Source of the DNA: Veleropilina oligotropha
Taxonomy: Eukaryota
NCBI GenBank assembly: GCA_048128005.1
Contig: JBEUKZ010000008.1
Coordinates: 620,001 to 684,000 of the forward strand
Reading direction: 5' to 3'
DNA: 64,000 bases
Shown here: positions 56,801 through 64,000 of the stretch, in pieces
Layout of the letters: each line of letters begins with the position of its first letter
How positions within the stretch are numbered: position 1 is the stretch's first letter
Position numbers and translations under genes: made by a program
Notes under the pieces: generated by a model
What the model saw: only the letters and a program-made list of their open reading frames with translations
Told to the model about the DNA's origin: nothing
Database searches by the model: none

Positions 56801-57383
56801 TCTTCAATACGTTGGCCAGTATTGCGCTTATAATTATTATGAACACAATCCATATAACATAATTTGACTTATCGCATGACAAAGCTTTTATGCAACGGCG
56901 AAACCCATTTCATATTTTCAATATGAATCACTATGCAAATGAGGGCGAGCATGATCCCATCCCTAGTCGCATCTGCCGCATCACCCAAATGAACATATTG
57001 AATAATTCATACGCGCTGACTTGTCCTTTGCTGACAAAACAAAGACGTCCGAGCTAGTAACAAATTACCGGACACTTATTATTGGCGTACGTGTGTATTT
57101 TGGCGTGGCACGTGCTGTCGAGGCGTGATTGCGTCTGAGGCAGGTCATTTTATGTCTGAAAAGACGGACAGAAATCAATTTAAAAACAAAGAAATCCGAT
57201 TAAAAACGTAAAATATCTAAGTTTAAAGGCAAGTAAAGTCATGTGATAAGAAGATCTCAAACTCGTTTCCAATTATGCGAATGGACATACATACATACAT
57301 ACAAACATACAAAGATATGGACATACATACATACGGAATCGATTGCAATACCCTCGCCTATCCCCCGGAGGCGAGGGTAATAA
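53807..57383 (-). mobile_element. HINE/Helentron-type element containing the duplicated 2.85-kb segment
   Basis: Minus-strand 5' ttattaccctcgcc..ggcgagggta + (GTAT)n; 3' ggcgagggtt + hairpin gcaatc-tcctct-gattgc + cttgt. Relatives at 58566-60705 and 60716-61880. Confidence 0.7.
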
Positions 57384-58110
57384 TCACGTGGATCGATGAA
57401 TGACACGACCCTTTTTAAGAACCATTCTGCCGTTTGCCTACAAAAACAAATAAACGTCATTATCACGGTGCACCGACCATGTGACGACAGGGAGATAAAT
57501 TAGTATATTTAACGATTTTAACGTGTTTTAATTTTACGACCACATTTTAACAAATTTCCAGTCGTGTATTATATCTGAATCTCCGTTTAACATCTAGGCA
57601 CCGTCATATATGCCACATGATATATTATGATACTGGATATTTAAAAGAGGACATACTGAAATCCGTATTTGTGACAATACCAAAGAAGCCAAAAGCTCAA
57701 AATTACACAGATTTTCGAACAATTAGTCTAATGAGGAATGTCGACCATAAAATTCATACTCAAAATTATCCCAAGACGAATAAAGGGAAAAATCGAGAAC
57801 GAAATTAGTGAGACACGGAGTGGTTTTAGACCAAGTAATGGAACGAAGGGTGCCATATTCAGAATGATAATCGAAAAATATCTGGATGTATGCATATTCT
57901 TCATCTATTACGGGAAGGTTTTCCACAGAATAAACCACGAGAAAGTAATAGGTTGCTTGGAGCAAATATGCGTTGATGGCAAAGACTTAGGGATTATATC
58001 TAACTTGTATTGGACCCAGAAGGCAGTTGTAAGAACAAAAAACGACATTACACCAGAAATACCAATAAAACGAGGTTTTAGACAGGGTTGCGTATTATCG
58101 CAAAGCTTTA

Positions 58111-58432
58111 TCTATAAATATAAAAGAGTAGAGTCTGTCTGTCTGTCCGCTATCTCCTCCGTAACCACTGGGCCGATCCTCACCAAACTTTACATGTCAA
58201 CTAAGGGTACCCAGGGGATGGTCATGGCCGCCAAAAAAATTAATTTTATGCAATTTGTAGTTGCCGCAAAATAAACCAAAAAATACAAAATATTCTATGT
58301 ATATAAGTACACATTGGCAATTAATATGAGGGGCGAAGCCCCTCCAATTGGGGCATGCGAATCCCCTCCAATTTGGGCCGCAGGCCCCCCGACGTTGAAT
58401 TAGAGCTCCCGAAGGGAGCTCAATTCAGCTAG
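58111..58432 (+). mobile_element. Non-autonomous Helitron
   Basis: 5' TC, subterminal hairpin gagctccc-gaa-gggagctc, 3' CTAG, inserted between A and T. Confidence 0.8.
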
Positions 58433-58565
58433 TTAATAATATTAGCAATAACCGGTGTGAAGGGAGTATAGATATAGATAGGAAAACCGTGAACAACCTT
58501 CGATAGTCAGATGATACGGCATTAATTGAGGAGGATTTTACAGCATATAATGGATGCAGTAAACA

Positions 58566-61500
58566 AACAAGAGCAATCAGAGGAGATTGCAAACCCTCGA
58601 CCGGGGCCAAGGAAGACGACGGCGAAAGTCAGAATTAAATATTTCTGAACATGAATTACAATATTAAAAATGTGATGACAAATCATAACAAAATTCAAGT
58701 ACTAATAACAAAACTTTAAAAAAATTGGAGGTAACGAGATTTGGACCTCAGACCTCAAGATTAATCGACGACACCTAAAAGATGCTGATTCCGCTTGTAA
58801 TGTCGTTTGCACTTGGAAAGAAAAGCATAAATTGGATATCGTGTGTATTTATCACGTTATAATTAGACCATTCACAAGTTAAAATGCACCAGAAAGTACA
58901 CCAAATACTATATTTTCGCTTCGGTCTTGATCATAATTTTGTTGCTCGCTGCTATCGATCGACACCATTAACGACGCATTCGGGTCAAAGCGGAGATGCA
59001 CAATCTATGAATATACCAAATCACACGTGATCGCTTCGACTTGATTGACAGTTCAGAAATGGAGGTGAGTTTGCGTCTTGTGCGTATATGGACTGTTGAA
59101 GTGATATTAATATCAGTAATCATTTAAAATAAGTAGATAAGAAAGCAACAAGTGTTTTTTTATTGCAGAAACCAAATTGTGCATGTTGTTTTTCTTCGGG
59201 TTTAATCGTATCACGATGTTTCGCATTGTCTTCACGCTTGTCGCAGTTGAAATGATATTCAAGCCAACTTCATTACACTAATAGCGATACGAAAGTTCAC
59301 GTCTCCTATGATAGCTTTTTATAATAATTTTCATTGTAGCTCCTATTCATAGAAGTTCATTACAAAATACTGTTTATTCGTCTGAAGCCTATAACATTCT
59401 TTATCTATTCAGTTTCTGTGCATGTTTGCCCCCCACTGACATTTCTGTGTTTGTTTGCATTTGTTGTGCGCTTGAGTAGACAGCGACAGGTTCGAAGAAC
59501 GTAATTTCTTTTAATGGAGAGTGGTTCGAAATGGGCGGAGCTTAATTGCACGATTATTTCCCGACGCAGGCATCGCGTATGTCCGCTGAATGCTCGAATT
59601 AATGGACATGAATACAAGACGCGCGCCTTTTATTCAGAATCGCTATATCAAACATTTATTGCAATATGTTAAGTTTTATTTTACGATGTGGTAATTTGCA
59701 AACCAGCATGACTTTATGTAAATAATACATACAAAAAAAGGTATGTTACTTGGCGTTCAAAAGCGTATTTGCGGGTTGAAGTGGAACCAGCCCCTCCGTT
59801 TGCGCGGCTCGTAGATAACTAAATATAGCTGCGATTGTAGGCTATGTATACTTGGTGGTCGATTTTTGTATTGCAAATTTCGCCGAAGTTGACAATAATT
59901 AACTCGCCATAACTCAATAGTTACTGAAGCGATATACCTGAAATTTTAAAGAAAGGTAGATTACCGTAACCATGCTTAATGGTGTAAATTATATCACGGC
60001 GTTAGCAGTATTTAAAGAGCAATCACAAATATCGCAACGTCTCGACGATTTTAACTTCGGAACAAATATTATTGCTATAAATTCGCTCGAACACACAAAG
60101 TATATCGAGAAGAGTTGTTACTTGTAGATAATGTTTCACTCTGTCACGTGTTAAAATTTGAAGTGTCTGGAGATAGTGGTTACCGATTTACGGCCCTTTG
60201 TTACATTTTGATTTGGTTGATTTCTAAAATGCTTATAAAGTTCACATTTCACATTATTTTCCAAATATTTTTGCTGATGTCAATATAATTTCATCAGGAC
60301 TACGATTTGCATTACGAAGTTACACAATTTAATTCGATTTGGCGAAATTAGAAATTGACCCCAAATTTTTAAAGTTTACAATCCCCCTGGCGGCCATCAT
60401 GTGTGATGCAGATCCTATATAATTCATCATGTCATTGTCCCGTAAAGTAAAGCACATATTGAGCCTAATTTAAAGTTTATACGACGAAGTGTTTTAACGC
60501 TACTGACGAAAATCTGTAGACCATATATCGCGTCATAAAGTTCGGACCCGGATGCCAATCCAGACCATCTTCGAGGAGGCCCGAGCACGGAGACACCCTC
60601 TCTTGTGTGAACATTTCAAGTAAATCGGATCAATGGTTTTCGAGTTAGGCGAATGGACATACTTACATACAGACATACACACAAACATACGGAATCGATT
60701 GCAAAACAACTATAACCAAGAGCAATCAGAGGAGATTGCAAACCCTCGCCACGGGGCCAAGGAAGATGGTGAAAGTCAGAAATGTCTACGATCAATATTT
60801 CTAAACATTACAATCAAAAATATCCAGGAAAGGTTGATTACCGTATCAATGCTTAGCGGTGTAAATTATATCACATTATTAGCATTAAATTTAAATAAAT
60901 ATAAAATAATATTTTGGAGGTAACGGGAATCGAACCTCGGACATACAGATATTTCCCCAACGACCTAACAATTTACGCCATACTGACAGTCGAAATAAAA
61001 CCGCTAAATAAGCTATTTATATTTGGTGTTACATTTTTGTGTTTGCAAATTTTGCGAAGTTGACAATACTTAACTCGCAATAACTCAATAGTTACTAAAG
61101 CGATATACCTGAAATTTTCAAGAAAGATAGATTACGGTAACCTTCCTTAATGGCGTGAGCAGTATTTAAAGAGCTATCACCAATATCGAAACGTCGCAAA
61201 TTTTGACATCGGAACAATAATTATTGCTACAAATGCGCTCAAACACATAAATTATATCGATAAGAGTTGTAGATAATGTCACACTCTGTCACTTGGCAAA
61301 ATGTGAGGTGTCTGGTTTCAGTGGTTACATATTTACGGCATTTATTTGCAATTTTCGTTGGTTGATTTCTAAAATGCTTATAAAGTTCACATTTCACATT
61401 ATTTTCTAAATATTTTTGCTGATATCAATATCATTTCATCATGACTATGCTTTGCATAACGAATTTACATAATTTTATTCGATTTGGCGAAATTACAAAT

Positions 61501-61880
61501 TGACCCCTATTTTTCAAATTTTAAATCCCCCTGGCGGCCATCTTATGTGAGATAGATTCCATATAAGTTATGTTGTCATTGACCCCTGATCTAAAGAACA
61601 TTTTGAGCCTATTTTGATGTTTGTACGATGAAGCGTTTTAACGCTACAGCCGAAAACGTGTAAACCGGATATTGCGTCATAAAATCCGAACCCGGATCAC
61701 AATCCGGACCATCTTCGAGGAGGACCGAGCCAGGGAGAAACCGTACCTTGTGTAAAACTTTCAAGTAAATCGAATCAACAGTTTTCGAGTTATGCGAATG
61801 GACATATATGCAAACATATATAGAAAAATGGACTCACATACATACATACGGAGCCGATTGCAATACCCTCGCCTCTCCTC
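58566..61880 (-). mobile_element. Two adjacent HINE-family copies (first with an internal insertion)
   Basis: aagagcaatcagaggagattgcaaaccctcg at about 58569 and 60718; shared internal blocks. Confidence 0.65.
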
Positions 61881-63694
61881 CCAAAAAGGAATCGAATATG
61901 GCATGGTGTAAACATCAAGAAGGCGAAAACAATGGTGGTAGGCAGGAATGAGGATATATCAAAGGTTAAGATCGTGAATGGAAACAAGTTGGAGCAAGTG
62001 AAAAGCTTTATGTAATAGATAATACACTGCGACATGAGCGTAAAATACACATAACATGCCGAGCGAGAGCGATGTTGTTATGTTTATAACGCCGAAGGGT
62101 GGCAGCTGTATTATCTGTTATACAAACCGTGGAAATCTATTGTAAATTGCAAGCTGTCAGCCCTTAAAACATTCAATTGCCCAACATATCGCTCTCATGA
62201 GGTGTTACGAGAAATTGACTCTTCCATTGGCAAGATAAGAAGATGCATGACTATCAACATGAGTAGCATGTTAACATCGCGTAAAATCAGTACAACTGTC
62301 AGAGGGCGTTTGGAAAATAAAACTGCTGCATCTTATCTGGTTAACTTTATTATTACAGTGCCGAGACGTTGACAATAAGGAAAAACTGATGGCGTTTATT
62401 TTGGACATGTCATGAGACAGGAGGATATAGGAAAATAATTTTGTTAGGTTGAAGTTGATGGTAAGAGAGGAAGCGGTCGACGAAGACTTTATGAAATGTT
62501 AATATTCGAGAGTGAAGGGAAATTAAGATGGCAGAATGCGTGAGAATGACATAATACCTAATGGCATGGGCATCTTAGACAGCCAACCTTCTGGATGGAG
62601 ATGACACCTAGAAGAATATGACTTCGTTGGGACGTGCAGACTCGATATAATCAGAAGGGTAATTCGCATGACTGACTGCTTTGTATGTTCGAGTCCGCGA
62701 CGGGACACTCTTCGTTATGTTAACAGGTGTCCGTAACTGGCCGGTAAGAGTAGGAATTTTTTCGGGCTTACGAGCTTTCCGTTTTCCTTTCGCGATAATA
62801 TGAACATATCCTGGTATGAACCCAATTAACGTGACATTGAGCATCGATCCAAACCACAACTTACCCTTTGAAGTTGTTTTCCGTGCTCTTTGTAGTTTTC
62901 TGGCAATTTCTAAAATTAGATAATATTGTGCATTGTTCAATATAAGTTGTCGAGCGACGTCGCGGTAAACACGGTGCATTGAATACCGAATGAAGTTGAA
63001 CAATATTATAAGGTATTCAATGGACCGTGTTTACCAAGACGTTGCACGGTAGCGTATTTATCTTGCTTTCACAATGATAAAATTACTAAACAAACTCTTG
63101 ACTTGGCTCATAACGCTGTTGTTATTTATATTCATTAATACCGTGGCAGACGACAACTTCAGTAACGCCTACCTAAGGCTTCCCAAGTGATAATATTTTG
63201 ATTGACACCGACGTATGACGTCAGCCATGGTATAAGCATCCATATACCACGTCTGGCTGGGGTTTACGGCAAATTAGTAAAATGACGTCAGCCAATCAGA
63301 AGAGAGGATGCGCGGCCAAATCAAGATAATGGGATATGAACATTAAAAGATTACTTCATAAAATTCATGTCTACGGCAGTGATGAAGCAACGCATCTTCG
63401 GTACCGGTACAATTCTCGAGCGAATTAAACAAGTAGTATTAAGTGAATGCTGGTATTAAGAAATAAGCATTACAGGCAACAGGGTGAATGTGTTTAATAA
63501 TGTGAATGACAGTATGTATCTAAATGGCTTGATTTGCCACTTAAACTCATTTAAATAGAAATATTAGTACTTTCAAATCATTTTACATCGTTACAAACAT
63601 ACATCCTTGGGTAAAGTTTCATCTTATTTGTATTAACACTATTCTATATTTGCGCACAGACAGACACACATAAACAAAGAGGCAAACTTACAGA

Positions 63695-64000
63695 GTTTAA
63701 ATAGATTTAAATAGAATTTGTTTGGGTTTAGGAAGCGCATTACTGCCACTCATATTAAAACCCATTGTCGTTTCCGGTCATCTATAGTCTGCCCTGTTTC
63801 TTAAAATAATCATCTATGCGGTTTTTAAATTGGTTTACAGATGTCGATTTTACTACATTACTAAGAAGACTGTTCCATTCATCGACAACCCGATTTGAGA
63901 AAAAGTGTTTTCTAACGTCTAGTCGGAATATTTTTTTGTAAACTTTGTATTTATGGCCCCTGGTAGGTCTTTGGTTCATCTGAAAAAAGTACCTGAATCA
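63695..64000 (-). mobile_element. 3' end of a CR1 of the same family as 9621-11559
   Basis: RGHKYKVYKKIFRLDVRKHFFSNRVVDEWN and the same 3' UTR and tail. Confidence 0.9.

Larger units (their letters stand above)
57590..62600 (+). mobile_element. Fragmented RTE-clade LINE interrupted by a Helitron-like element and HINEs
   Basis: FVTIPKKPKA...FRTISLM, RQGCVLS, NNLR*SDDT, NIKKAKTMV, FGHVMR remnants in order. Confidence 0.7.

Noticed and set aside
28104..64000. Host protein-coding exons among the short ORFs
   Set aside because: Short ORFs map to TE remnants or low-complexity DNA; small exons cannot be excluded without transcript data

Overview
AT-rich, repeat-dense eukaryotic (probably invertebrate; inference) genomic DNA with no recognisable host gene. 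The main feature is a complete, GC-richer, 15,418-bp endogenous Polinton/adintovirus-like element (12686-28103). It has AGCAGC...GCTGCT termini, 65-bp TIRs and a 5-bp CACTT target-site duplication. It encodes an rve integrase, packaging ATPase, major and minor capsid proteins, a GasderminX-like protein, several membrane proteins and a secreted Cys-rich protein. It has no canonical protein-primed PolB and no recognisable adenain protease. Instead, one 1223-aa ORF appears to fuse a vOTU-like protease, a divergent PolB-like palm, an SF1 (RecD/Pif1-like) helicase and a C-terminal HNH nuclease. The right-hand 4.6 kb of a second, diverged copy occupies 1-4639. The rest is nested transposable elements: a decayed CR1/L2-group LINE split by a CR1, an Academ remnant, an intact RTEX-like LINE inside a TTAA-flanked MITE, Helentron-type (HINE) elements with satellite arrays or captured flanking DNA, SINEs, MITEs, and RTE, Tc1/mariner and RNase H-LINE fragments. 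All family assignments come from motif recognition by eye; no database searches were run.
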